From Squalus acanthias (lineage: Eukaryota), in contig JASTWF010000346.1 in NCBI GenBank assembly GCA_030390025.1, positions 1-64,000 on the forward strand: a DNA stretch of 64,000 bases, in the 5' to 3' direction. Of this stretch, positions 25,701 through 38,744 are shown one piece after another (the stretch's first letter is position 1; every line of letters starts with the position of its first letter). A model generated the notes under the pieces. The model was not told the DNA's origin. It worked only from the letters and a program-made list of their open reading frames with translations, and ran no database searches. Made by a program: the position numbers and the translations under genes.

Positions 25701-26731
25701 TAGTCTTTCCAACATCAAGTCGCAGATAAGGTGGAACGCCGGTTTTATACCTCGCACAGTATTGCTCTCTGTTGACTTCAATGGAGAGTAAAATCAGTCT
25801 GAGTGTAAAACCAGCGTTACACCCGATCCTGTCAGTATCCTGACGGGTGGGTTCGGGTAAAATTGCCTCCTCATCTCTGGATAGTTTTCCAGTATTATAA
25901 CCACTACAGTAACACACCCATCACCTTTCCTGGCTACTCGCTTAGACTACGCCTGATTGTATGGAGCCTCTGTGTGCCACTTAACCCTGAGCTGAGCTTC
26001 AAACCTCACATTTAGTCCATCATCAAGGCTTAATTCCACCTTTGTAACATCATCTGTCGATGTCCTTACCTAATGCCCGTGGCCTTCATCCTCTCTCCCT
26101 GTGCAGTCATTTTCAACTCCTGCTTTTCTGACTTTGATCTTCTCTGCATGCAGCCCCTCATCCCCATTCCCAGTGATAGCAGAGCTTTGAGTCAACATGC
26201 CCCTGCAGTCTGGGATTCTGTTCCTAAACCCCTCCCTCATGCTGCAACTCTCTCCACCTTCAGAAACCTCAAAACCTGCTTTCCGCTTCGGGGCACATCC
26301 TCGAATGCCTGCCCTCTCCCTGACCCCCTCTGTAAATGATTTCATTATGTAAAAGATGCTGTACCAGTGTGAGTTGTTGGGTCTGTTGACGGGGGGTCAG
26401 GGTGCAGGTGGCTGGAAACATAGAGCAACACTTCCTCAAACCATCCAGCTCAGAAATCACCCTGACACAGTAAAGGGAGTGTCTAAGATGAGAAAATGGG
26501 CAGATCTAATCCTGATGGGGGAATGGGCCCGAATCTGGCAGGGGGAGAATTTCCCAGTTTTTTCCTGAATTGGCCTGTGGGTTTTTTCTGCCATTCCTGC
26601 TCCGGTTACAATTGAGCTGCTCGTTCCCTCCCCGCGGGGCGGCTCTTCAGTCTTTAGAAACAGGGAATCAGTCAGAAGCGGTGAACTCGGTGAGAGCATC
26701 GCTCCTGCCCGACCCCAGAGATTGGGAGCGG
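22701..26731 (+). repeat. Intronic segmental duplicate, copy B, leading into B30.2 exon 1
   Basis: See copy A. Identity ends at gagattgggagcgg (7733 vs 26731), ~260 bp before the exon acceptor. Confidence 0.9.
22835..25612 (+). mobile_element. Near-full-length frameshifted 'GMFADDC' LINE (EN-RT)
   Basis: EN motifs PDIVIVTESYL, GGGTVVY, TYRPPS, VGDFNVHH, LDLVLTN and SSDH; RT motifs NYRPISLL, QFGFRQ, LDIKAAFD and GMFADDC. Confidence 0.85.
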
Positions 26732-26989
26732 AAATCTCCAACAATTCACAGAAAATAGAGCAAATGGGAAACTGGGATCAGGCCCGCGGGGAGCAGGAAT
26801 CCCGCAGCTCCCGCTGTGTTCAATGATTTTATTTAATGTGGAATCCCCGGCCAGTCTCTCTGATCCCGGGCGAGTCTCACCCCCCGATCCCCGGCCAGTC
26901 TCTCTGATCCCCGGGGAGTCTCTCTGATCCCCAGTTAGTCTCTCTCTGATCCCGGGTGAATCTCACTAATTCTCTGCTTTTTCTCCCAG

Positions 26990-27522
26990 TCTCTGTGACC
27001 CTGGATGTGGAAACAGCGAATCGATGGCTCGAGGTGTCTGAGGATCTGAAGAGTGTGAGAGGGACCGGGACCCGGAGGAATCTCCTTGACACCGAGAAGA
27101 GGTTTACAGTCTGGGGCTGTGTGCTGGGATCGGAGGGATTCACATCGGGGAGACATTACTGGGAGGTGGAGGTGGCGGGGAATCGGTTCTGGAGACTGGG
27201 AGTAGCCGCAGAGTCTGTGGAGAGGAAGAGAGACGTCACAATGAGCCCGGAGAATGGATTCTGGACCATCGCGCGGGTTGATGATGATTTTTCTATAAAC
27301 TCCTCCCCTGAATCCCCTCTCCCCGCCGGTCAGATCCCCGGGAAGGTGGGAGTTTATCTCAGTTATGAGTCCGGGACAGTTTCATTTTACAGCGCGGACA
27401 CCAAGTCCCATCTCCACACCTTCACTGGGAATAAATTCACGGGGAAACTTTATCCTTTCTTCTGGACTTTGGATAAAAACAAGTGGCTGAGAATCTGCTC
27501 CGGCTCCCATCCGGGTCTGTAA
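26990..27522 (+). CDS. B30.2 (PRY-SPRY) terminal exon 1
   Basis: Branch point ctaat and polypyrimidine acceptor tctctgctttttctcccag|, phase 1. Encodes (V)SVTLDVETAN..LEVSED..RF....CVLG.EGFTSGRHYWEVEV...W.LGVA..VGVYLSYESGTVSFY..LYPFF, then stop TAA. AATAAA at 27700. Confidence 0.9.
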
Positions 27523-28182
27523 AAGGGGCGGGGCCGAGTACAGGCCCGCATCCATGACGTCACAATGACTTGACCCCGCGCCATTCGGGTCAGGGTCAGG
27601 GGTCAGGAGTTAGAAAATGTAATTTCCAAATTATTCATTGTAAAATCCCAATGAGACTGTAAATGAAACCAATACAAATATAAAATGTCAGAAAACTAAA
27701 ATAAAAAGTAAATTCAATACCTTGTGTCTCTCCTTCCATCATTTGCTCCCTGCTTCAGTCAGTCAAACTACCCAGTGCCGCCTCTATCTCTTCACCTGTT
27801 TCCCAATCTGACCTGTGATTTCCTCTGTGTGTTGGCATTTCTCACTCTGCACCCAGAACATGAAAGCCTGAGGGGGAAATCCACATATTGAAGGGAGAAA
27901 ATAGTGCGAGTCCAGGAATATAGTCATTGTAATATTTACATTAAATATTACCTTTTTTTGTTTCATTTTAAGCAGTTTTAGTTATATTAGATTGTCAATC
28001 TTAAAAAAGGAATTAAAAAAGTGACATTTGTATTTTCAACACGGCAACCAATTCATCAATTCCTCAAAAGTTACCACCAGTCACCGTCCCACACCCAACT
28101 CCCACCATCCAAATTCACAAAGGAACGCTGGCCCCTCCAGACCCAGTTCAGAGATATTCCAACACTTCCACCTGATTCCCCA

Positions 28183-28675
28183 CACTTTCACAGACACTGC
28201 ACCCCATCTAACTCCCCATCCTTCAACACAGACACTGTACCCCATCCAACTCCCCATCCTTTCACACAGACACTACCCCATCCAACTCGCCACCCTTTCA
28301 CACAGACACTGCACCCCATCCAACTCCCCATCCTTTCACACAGACACTGTACCCCATCCAACTCCCCACCCTTTCACACAGACACTGTACCCCATCCAAC
28401 TCCCCATCCTTTCACACAGACACTACCCCATCCAACTCCCCACCCTTTCACACAGACACTGTATCCCATCCAACTCCCCATCCTTTCACACAGACACTGT
28501 ACCCCATCCAACTCCCCATCCTTTCACACAGACACTGTACCCCATCCAACTCCCCACCCTTTCACACAGACACTGCACCCCATCCAACTCCCCACCCTTT
28601 CACACAGACACTGCACCCCATCCAACTCCCTACCCTTTCACACAGACACTGCACCCCATCCAACTCCCCATCCTT
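28183..28675. repeat. ~38-bp minisatellite, ~13 copies
   Basis: Unit ctttcacacagacactgtaccccatccaactccccatc. Confidence 0.9.
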
Positions 28676-29062
28676 TAATGGTGGGTGGGCTGGAATTTCA
28701 CATGGGACTTGGCTTTACTGGATATTTTGAAGTGGGGAAGGGCACTCTCCCACTCCAAGCAGCCATGACTGGAAGGGGTGGGAGTGGGGGGATGCAGTCA
28801 CCCATCAGAAATCCTGACAGTTCCACCTCGCCCCCAGTGCAAACTACTCCTCCATAATGCTAGGTGTTCCAGTGCACCTGTGTACGAAGACCAGCTCCAA
28901 GGTGCAAATGGAGCCCATATGTGCAGCAAATTTCGCAGAGTGATCAATAGCTGCTGGGAAAGGAACAATTTTAAATCTCACTGTTTTTCCAATTTTGACC
29001 CATTTCCGTCAAAATGCCACCACTCCCTCCCCCTACCCCGAAACCTTGCAGCAAAACTGGGA

Positions 29063-30744
29063 CTCACCCCCACATCATACTGGCACTCTGCTCCCTCTCA
29101 CCCCACATCATCCTGACACTCTGCTCCCTCTCACACCCACATCATCCTGACACTCTGCTCCCTCTCACCCCACATCATCCTGGCACTCTGCTCCCTCTCA
29201 CCCCACATCATCCTGGCACTCTGTTCCCTCTCACCCCACATCATCCTGGCACTCTGCTCCCTCTCACCCCACATCATCCTGGCACTCTGCTCCCTCTCAC
29301 CCCCACATCATCCTGGCACTCTGCTCCCTCTCACCCCACATCATCCTGGCACTCTGTTCCCTCTCACCCCACATCATCCTGGCACTCTGCTCCCTCTCAC
29401 CCCCACATCATCCTGACACTCTGCTCCCTCTCACCCCATATCATCCTGGCACTCTGCTCCCTCTCACCGCCCCCCCCCCCCCACATCATCCTGGCACTCT
29501 ACTCCCTCTCACCCCCACATCATCCTGGCACTCTGCTCCCTCTCACCCCACATCATCCTGGCACTCTGCTCCCTCTCACCCACATCATCCTGACACTCTG
29601 CTCCCCCTCACCCCACATCATCCTGACACTCTGCTCCCTCTCACCCCACATCATCCTGGCACTCTGCTCCCTCTCACCCACATCATCCTGACACTCTGCT
29701 CCCTCTCACCCCACATCATCCTGGCACTCTGCTCCCTCTCACCCCACATCATCCTGACACTCTGCTCTCTCTCACCTCACATCATCCTGGCACTCTGCTC
29801 CCTCTCACCCACATCATCCTGACACTCTGCTCCCTCTCACCCACATCATCCTGACACTCTGCTCCCTCTCACCCCCACATCATCCTGGCACTCTGCTCCC
29901 TCTCACCCACATCATCCTGACACTCTGCTCCCTCTCACCCCACATCATCGTGGCACTCTGCTCCCTCTCACCCCACATCATCCTGGCACTCTGTTCCCTC
30001 TCACCCCACATCATCCTGGCACTCTGCTCCCTCTCACCCCACATCATCCTGGCACTCTGCTCCCTCTCACCCCCACATCATCCTGGCACTCTGCTCCCTC
30101 TCACCCCACATCATCCTGGCACTCTGTTCCCTCTCACCCCACATCATCCTGGCACTCTGCTCCCTCTCACCCCCACATCATCCTGACACTCTGCTCCCTC
30201 TCACCCCATATCATCCTGGCACTCTGCTCCCTCTCACCGCCCCCCCCCCCCCCCCACATCATCCTGGCACTCTACTCCCTCTCACCCCCACATCATCCTG
30301 GCACTCTGCTCCCTCTCACCCCACATCATCCTGGCACTCTGCTCCCTCTCACCCACATCATCCTGACACTCTGCTCCCCCTCACCCCACATCATCCTGAC
30401 ACTCTGCTCCCTCTCACCCCACATCATCCTGGCACTCTGCTCCCTCTCACCCACATCATCCTGACACTCTGCTCCCTCTCACCCCACATCATCCTGGCAC
30501 TCTGCTCCCTCTCACCCCACATCATCCTGACACTCTGCTCTCTCTCACCTCACATCATCCTGGCACTCTGCTCCCTCTCACCCACATCATCCTGACACTC
30601 TGCTCCCTCTCACCCACATCATCCTGACACTCTGCTCCCTCTCACCCCCACATCATCCTGGCACTCTGCTCCCTCTCACCCACATCATCCTGACACTCTG
30701 CTCCCTCTCACCCCACATCATCCTGGCACTCTGCTCCCTCTCAG
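29063..30744. repeat. ~33-bp minisatellite, ~50 copies, with a ~770-bp higher-order duplication
   Basis: Unit catcatcctggcactctgctccctctcacccca. The poly-C variant and its neighbouring variant units recur at ~29468 and ~30238. Confidence 0.9.
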
Positions 30745-31062
30745 AACTCTCAATTCATCCTGGCATGTTTCTTCCACACCCTCTTCAGCCTGGCATTCTT
30801 CTCCATCAAAGCTCGGACTGATCTTCTAGGACACGGATACTGTTTGATATTTTAGTCACATTCTACTGGGAAATGTGTGCAGCCGACAGCAACCCCATCC
30901 CAGCCCTTTCTCATCACTGCCCCACTCCTTTGTATTAAAACGCAGGTGTAAGTTGTGCTCTGAAAATGAGGACATTCCTCAGGTATTCAGCACCACGCAC
31001 CATTGGTGATGAGAAATACACAAACTATCTCTCTTCAAACAGATGGAGAGTTTGGAAATCTT

Positions 31063-31871
31063 GGCCTTGGTTTTTTTGAGCACAATTCGCCCGAAGTCGG
31101 TGTAACCAGTGCCAAAGATCACGGGATTTTTAATACAAATTACATTCAGCGTGAATCGAATTTCCGTGACCTTTTGTGCTGGTCAGAAAACATTGCGCTG
31201 GAATCCGGCCCCGCCCACACAACTGGCCCCGCCCCCGGGTGAATTGATCACCATGGCGAGTTTCCGCTAATTGCGCTCGTTTGTGGGCCTTCGAGGGCGC
31301 TCCAAAAATTCAGCGGCTTCTTTTGGGCACCAGGTCACTAATAGACAGGCTTTAAAAGCCTGTTGATTTTTTTTATAAATTTACTAAGACACTGACGGCT
31401 GTACCCCAATATCACTGGCGAATGGTTCTGTATATTTTTTCATGTAAAATTCAGTAATTTAAAATCGGGTTACTCACAGCTGGTGGATTGACACTGTGAT
31501 TTAAAATGCTTTTTTTGTGATAAACACATTTTCAGCTGTGTTAATAAAACTTCACCAAGTTGTCACTCGTAAGTATATCAAGGAATATTTTTTAAAGCAA
31601 AAGCTTTAAAATTACTTTCTCAAACGCTGTCCGATCGCGATGGTTCACGGCAGATTTTGCTTTCGGGCGATATGCAAATAAGTTTGAGCGGAAACTCGAG
31701 AAAAAAACACTTTTCAAAACGGGCCGAATTATGGGCGCAATACACGGAAACTCTTGGCGCTTCAGTTCAAAAGGCTGAATGTTCACTTTTACTGCCGTGC
31801 GAAGTGTAAAACGGGCGGCCGATCCGCTAACGCCTGTTTTGCGCCTGGTGGTAAAAGTGAAAATTCACCCC
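31063..31871. mobile_element. Probable non-autonomous Harbinger-type DNA element
   Basis: CpG-rich stretch ending gaaaattcacccc, which resembles the other Harbinger termini here, with gcgcc subterminal motifs. Left end and TSD are not clear. Confidence 0.4.
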
Positions 31872-32559
31872 AGAGTGTTTGACGTTCCCTTGCAGTTGAT
31901 TGTAGTGCCACTTTCAGCCAGGAGATGGTGATGGCGAGCCGTACAAAGAGCTGTAAAGTTTCACGGTGCAGTATCACCACCTGCTGGTGGAAACCAGCAC
32001 TGCGGGAATATCAGAAACCGCAAATGCTGAAACACTGGGCTGATCAGACAATTCAGGCAGGACCTTCCTTCAGAACTGAAAGATAATTGGAGCAGAAAAA
32101 AAGGGAAAATAAACGCAAGCCTGGACATCCCACCTCTGTGTTCCTGGCACACACCGAGTCCCTGTCGGGAAATTCCGCACTCCTGGTCTGCCCAATGTTC
32201 AAAAAAGCACAGGTTGGGAGTGTGGAATTTCCCAATATGGGCTCTTGGTGTGTGTCAGGAGAGCGGAATCCCAAAATCTGGGCCTGTATTCCGAGTACAG
32301 AGAGGAGATTAATCAGTTAAATCAGTTTAAAAATCACTGAAGTGGGTGCTGAAGACATGAAATTTATTTCCAGGGGGTGTGTGGGATATACTTTCCAGAG
32401 CGGCCCACTCTATTTTATGTTTTGGAGCCTGTGATAATTCTGCCTTTCAAACCAAAAATAATTTCTCCTGGAAAGGTTACAGATATTTTAAATATTAAAA
32501 TAAAAGCGGTGTAGGGGCTTCAATACAACTTCAATCCGTGGAGAGACTGGTGAAGCTGG

Positions 32560-33145
32560 GGTTGTTAACTAGTTTATAAAACACGAGTTTGGCCCCAGCT
32601 GGATTATTGTGTCTAATTCTGGGCACCGCACTTTCGGAAGGACATGAAGGCTTTGGAGAGGGTGCAGAAGAGATTTACCAGAATGGTTCCCGGGATGAGG
32701 GATTACAGTTATGTGGATAGACTGGAGAAGCTGGGGTTGTTCTCCTTGGAGCAGAGAAGGCTAAGAGGAGATTTGATGGAGGTGTTTAAAATCATGAAGG
32801 GTTTAGATAGAGTAAATAAAGAGAAACAGTTTCCAAAGGCTGAAGGGTCGATAACCAGAGGGCACAGATTTAAGGTGATTGGCAAAAGAACCAGAGGCGA
32901 CATGAGGAAAACTTTTTTACACAACAAGTGGTTTTGGATTTGGAACACACTGCCTGATAGGGTGGTGGAAACAGATTCAATAGGAGTCTTCAGAATGTAA
33001 TTGGATAAATACTTGAAGAAGAAAACATTGCAGGGATATGGGGAAAGAGCGGGGCAGTGGGATTAACTGGATTGCTCTTCGAAAGAGCCGGCGCAGACTC
33101 AATGGGCCGAACGGCCTCCTTCTGTGCTGTACTATTCTATGAATC
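32560..33145 (+). mobile_element. CR1 3' fragment
   Basis: ORF 32644..33000 reads ALERVQKRFTRMVPG..LGLFSLEQRRLRGDL; tail attctatga. Confidence 0.85.
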
Positions 33146-33429
33146 TGTGATTCTAGCTGAGTGTGCTTTGGTACCTTGGTTACCGAACACAACTGTGATG
33201 GAGCCTGTAGGCTCCAGAGATCTCTCAACATCTCCATCCTGTCAGGAGGGATGTAATTACTCAAAATGCTGCTCGCAGGGGCTGAGGGGAATCTTGTATT
33301 ATGGAGGATATTCCCCGGCAATTCTAGAAAGGAACTTATCCTACATCACTCAACCCATACGTACTAATACTTGAACATTCAGTATGAAGTCTCCAAAGGT
33401 TACTTACAATCTGATTTTTATTAATAATA

Positions 33430-34450
33430 ATCAGGGCATCACTGCAGGAGTTCCTCAGGGCAGTGTCCTAGGCCCAACCATCTTCAGCTGCTTCATCAAT
33501 GACTTTCCCTCCATCATAAGGTCAGAAATGGGGATGTTCGCTGATGACTGCACAGTGTTCAGTGCCATTCACAACTCCTCAGATAATGAAGCAGTCCATG
33601 CCCGCATGCAGCAAGACCTGGACAACGTTCAGGCTTGGGCTGATAAGTGGCAGGTAACATTCGCGCCACAGAAGTGCCAGGCAATGACTATCTCCAACAA
33701 GCGAGAGTCTAACCACCGCCCCATGACATTCAATGGCATTACCATCGCTGAATCCCCCACTATCAACATCCTGGGGGTCACCATTGACCAGAAACTTAAC
33801 TGGACCAGCCACATAAATACTGTGGCAACAAGAGCAGGTCAGAGGCTAGGTATTCTGTGGCGAGTGTCTCACCTCCTGACTCCCCAAAGCCTTTCTACCA
33901 TCTACAAGGCTCAAGTAACGAGTGTGATGGAATACTCTCCACTTGCCTGGATGAGTGCAGCTCCAACAACACTCAAGAAGCTCGACACCATCCAGGACAA
34001 AGGAACCCGCTTGATTGGCACCCCCTCTACCACCTTAAGCATTCACTCCCTCCACCACTGGTGCACCATGGCTGCAGTGTGTACCATCTACAAGATGCAC
34101 TGCAGCAACTCGCCAAGGCTTCTTCGGCAGCATCTCCCAAACCCGCGACCTCTTCCACATAGAAGGACAAGGGCAGCAGGCGCATGGGAACACCACCACC
34201 TCCAAGTTCGCCTCCAAGTCACACACCATCCTGACTTAGAAGTATATCGCCGATCCTTCATCGTCGCTGGGTCAAAATCCTGGAACTACCTACCTAACAG
34301 CACTGTGGGAGTACCATCAACATACGGACTGCAACGGTTCAAGATGGCGGCTCACTTCTCAAGGGCAATTAGGGATGGGCAATAAATACTGGCCTTGCCA
34401 GCGACGGCCACATCCCATAAACAAATTAAAAAAAAATTAAAAAAGAAAAC
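33430..34450 (+). mobile_element. 5'-truncated 'GMFADDC' LINE
   Basis: ORF 33384..34385 contains GVPQGSVLGPTIFSCFIND..GMFADDC; poly-A tail at ~34428-34449. Confidence 0.85.
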
Positions 34451-34724
34451 CTTCTGATAAGATCATCTCTCCACTTCCAGAACATAGTAACAGTCCACCT
34501 CTGGATCTCATTGCCTGCTTCAGTCTGACATAAAGCAACATCTGGAGGCAACATTCAGCATTCCTGCAACATACAGTCACACAAAATGGCACGACTGCAT
34601 TCTGTCTCCCCCCAGACCTTTACACAGCGCACTCCCAACAACTAGAGACTGGTAGGGCCACAGCGCAGACAGAGAGCTGATCTTCCCCCTTCACTGGAGG
34701 CAGAAAGAATCTGTCAAACACCAA

Positions 34725-35385
34725 ACATAGTATTACATAGAATCTACAGCACAGAAGCTGGCCATTCGGCCCAACTGGTCCGTGCCAGTGTTTAGGCTGC
34801 ACACGAGGCTCCTCCCACCCTGCTTCATCTCAGCCTATCAGCATATCCTTCGATTCCTTTCCCCCGCATGTACTCATTGAGCTTCCCCTTAAATGTATCG
34901 ATGTTATTCGCCTCAACCACTCCCTGTGGTAGCGAGTTCCACATTCTCACCACACTCTGGGTAGAGAAGTTTCTCCAGAATTCCCTATTGGATTTATTAG
35001 TGACTATCTTATATTTATTGCCCCTAGTTTTGGATTCTCCCACAAGTGGAAACATCTTCTCTACATCGACCCTATCAAACCCTCCGTAATTTTAAAGACC
35101 TCTCTCAGGTCACCTCTCAGTCTTCTCTTTTGAGCCCCAGCCCATTCAATCTTCTCCTATGAGCACCAGCCCATTCAATCTTTCCTGATAGTTATAACCT
35201 CTCAGTTCTGGTATCATCCTTATCAATCTTCTTGGCACCCTCTACAGTGCCTCGATATCTTTTTTTGTAATCTGGAGACCAAAACTGTGCACAGCACGTT
35301 AAGTGTGGTCTAACCAAGGATTGATACAAGTTTAACATGACTTCCCTGCTTGCCAATTCTATTCCTCTAGAAATGAACACCCAGT
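34725..35385 (-). mobile_element. CR1 3' fragment
   Basis: ORFs 34825..35055 and 35192..35452 (REVMLNLYQSLVRPHL..C.QFWSP). Confidence 0.8.
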
Positions 35386-35511
35386 GCTTACAGCCCAGAC
35401 CTTGCACAGAAAATACTTCAGCCCTGGGGCTCAAGCCAAGCTGAGCCAACATGAGACATCTTCCATTAGTTCAAACAAGCTATACAGCCATGTTCGTCCC
35501 GAAACCAATAA

Positions 35512-38231
35512 ATATATAGAGTGTAGTATTACTGCCCCATCTCCTGCTGACACTCGGATATACCAGGTACATATATAGAGTGTAGTGTTACAGCCCCATC
35601 TCCTGCTGACACTGGGATATATCAGGTACATATATAGAGTGTAGTGTTACAGCCCCATCTCCTGCTGACACTGGGATATACCAGGTACATATATAGAGTG
35701 TAGTGTTACAGCCCCATCTCCTGCTGACACTGGGATATACCAGGTACATATATAGAGTGTAGTGTTACAGCCCCATCTCCTGCTGACACTGGGATATACC
35801 AGGTACATATATAGAGTGCAGTGTTACAGCCCCATCTCCTGCTGACACTGGGATATACCAGGTACATATATAGAGTGCAGTGTTACAGCCCCATCTCCTG
35901 CTGACACTCGGAGATACCAGGTACATATATAGAGTGCAGTGTTACAGCCCCATCTCCTGCTGACACTGGGATATACCAGGTACATATATAGAGTGTAGTG
36001 TTACAGCCCCATCTCCTGCTGACACTGGGATATACCAGGTACATATATAGAGTGTAGTGTTACAGCCCCATCTCCTGCTGACACTCGGAGATACCAGGTA
36101 CATATATAGAGTGTAGTGTTACAGGCTCATCTCCTGCTGACACTGGGATATACCAGGTACATATATAGAGTGTAGTGTTACAGCCCCATCTCCTGCTGAC
36201 ACTGGGATATACCAGGTACATATATAGAGTGTAGTGTTACAGCCCCATCTCCTGCTGACACTGGGATATACCAGGTACATATATAGAGTGCGGAGTTACA
36301 GCCCCATCTCCTGCTGACACTGAGATATACCAGGTACATATATAGAGTGTAGTGTTACAGCCCCATCTCCTGCTGACACTCGGATATACCAGGTACATAT
36401 ATAGAGTGTAGTGTTACAGCCCCATCTCCTGCTGACACTGGGATATACCAGGTACATATATAGAGTGTAGTGTTACAGCCCCATCTCCTGCTGACACTGG
36501 GATATACCAGGTACATATATAGAGTGCAGTGTTACAGCCCCATCTCCTGCTGACACTGGGATATACCAGGTACATATATAGAGTGTAGTGTTACAGCCCC
36601 ATCTCCTGCTGACACTCGGATATACCAGGTACATATATAGAGTGTAGTGTTACAGCCCCATCTCCTGCTGACACTCGGATATACCAGGTACATATATAGA
36701 GTGTAGTGTTACAGCCCCATCTCCTGCTGACACTCGGATATACCAGGTACATATATAGAGTGTAGTGCTACAGCCCCATCTCCTGCTGACACTGGGATAT
36801 ACCAGGTACATATATAGAGTGTAGTGTTACAGCCCCATCTCCTGCTGACACTGGGATATACCAGGTACATATATAGAGTGTAGTGTTACAGCCCCATCTC
36901 CTGCTGACACTGGGATATACCAGGTACATATATAGAGTGTAGTGTTACAGCCCCATCTCCTGCTGACACTGGGATATACCAGGTACATATATAGAGTGTA
37001 GTGTTACAGCCCCATCTCCTGCTGACACTGGGATATACCAGGTACATATATAGAGTGCAGTGTTACAGCCCCATCTCCTGCTGACACTGGGATATACCAG
37101 GTACATATATAGAGTGTAGTGTTACAGCCCCATCTCCTGCTGACACTGGGATATACCAGGTACATATATATAGTGTAGTGTGACAGCCCATCTCCTGCTG
37201 ACACTGGGAGATACCAGGTACATATATAGAGTGTAGTGTTACAGCCCCATCTCCTGCTGACACTGGGATATACCAGGTACATATATAGAGTGTAGTGTTA
37301 CAGCCCCATCTCCTGCTGACACTCGGATATACCAGGTACATATATAGAGTGCAGTGTTACAGCCCCATCTCCTGCTGACACTGGGAGATACCAGGTACAT
37401 ATATAGAGTGTAGTGTTACAGCCCCATCTCCTGCTGACACTGGGATATACCAGGTACATATATAGAGTGTAGTGTTACAGCCCCATCTCCTGCTGACACT
37501 GGGATATACCAGGTACATATATAGAGTGTAGTGTTACAGCCCCATCTCCTGCTGACACTGGGATATACCAGGTACATATATAGAGTGTAGTGTTACAGCC
37601 CCATCTCCTGCTGACACTCGGAGATACCAGGTACATATATAGAGTGTAGTGTTACAGCCCCATCTCCTGCTGACACTCGGATATACCAGGTACATATATA
37701 GAGTGTAGTGTTACAGCCCCATCTCCTGCTGACACTGGGATATACCAGGTACAGATATAGAGTGTAGTGTTACAGCCCCATCTCCTGCTGACACTCGCAT
37801 ATACCAGGTACATATATAGAGTGCAGTGTTACAGCCCCATCTCCTGCTGACACTGGGATATACCAGGTACATATATAGAGTGTAGTGTTACAACCCCATC
37901 TCCTGCTGACACTCGGAGATACCAGGTACATATATAGAGTGTAGTGTTACAGGCTCATCTCCTGCTGACACTCGGATATACCAGGTACATATATAGAGTG
38001 TAGTGTTACAGCCCCATCTCCTGCTGACACTGGGATATACCAGGTACATATATAGAGTGTAGTGTTACAGCCCCATCTCCTGCTGACACTCGGATATACC
38101 AGGTACATATATAGAGTGTAGTGTTACAGCCCCATCTCCTGCTGACACTGGGATATACCAGGTACAGATATAGAGTGTAGTGTTACAGCCCCATCTCCTG
38201 CTGACACTGGGATATACCAGGTACATATATA
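35512..38231. repeat. 59-bp satellite, left arm (~46 copies)
   Basis: Unit atatatagagtgtagtgttacagccccatctcctgctgacactgggatataccaggtac, highly homogeneous. Confidence 0.97.
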
Positions 38232-38403
38232 GGGGTAAAAATTCACTTGGTTGCGCCTCCCGTTAGCGCCTTAAGAGGGCGCTAATGGGGCGTTAAGCCG
38301 CTAACGCCCGGGCGCAGCGCTGTTTGCGCCGCTCGAGAACTTAACTTGAGATTGTGCGGCGGCGCTAAAACTTACCGCTGCGACCACCTGCGCGCGCAGA
38401 TTG

Positions 38404-38549
38404 TGACGTCATTCCATGGTGCAACGCCCTTGGGGTGCCCCGGAGCGGAAATTGAGTGGCGCCCCCTGCCTTACCGCCTGGCGCTTCCAACGACCGGAAG
38501 ACTGGAACGTTATCAATCGCCGTGGGGCTGGGGGGGGGCGCTATTTAAA
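38404..38549 (+). promoter_or_regulatory. Putative transposase promoter (CRE-like TGACGTCA and TATA-like TATTTAAA)
   Basis: TGACGTCA at 38404-38411 and TATTTAAA at 38542-38549, ~200 bp before the ATG. Motif evidence only. Confidence 0.35.
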
Positions 38550-38744
38550 GGGGGCCTCTTCCTGTCTTTTTCTGTGGTCGACATTTATGCACCACTCGTT
38601 CTGAGAGAGAGAGAGAGATTCGGAGAGAGAGAGAGAGAGACTTCTACATTGACTCAACGCTTTGTGAGGTAGTTTGGCCTAGTTCATCCTAACTTTGTTG
38701 CTACTTTAGTTGCTGTACCTCATTACTTTTCTGGCAAAGAGAAT

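Noticed and set aside
28021..30186. Long Pro/His/Thr-rich ORFs
   Set aside because: These are translations of 38-bp and 33-bp minisatellites, open in several frames.
31966..31992. CTCF-like motif (ccagcaggtggtg on -)
   Set aside because: A single short motif match that cannot be supported without binding data.
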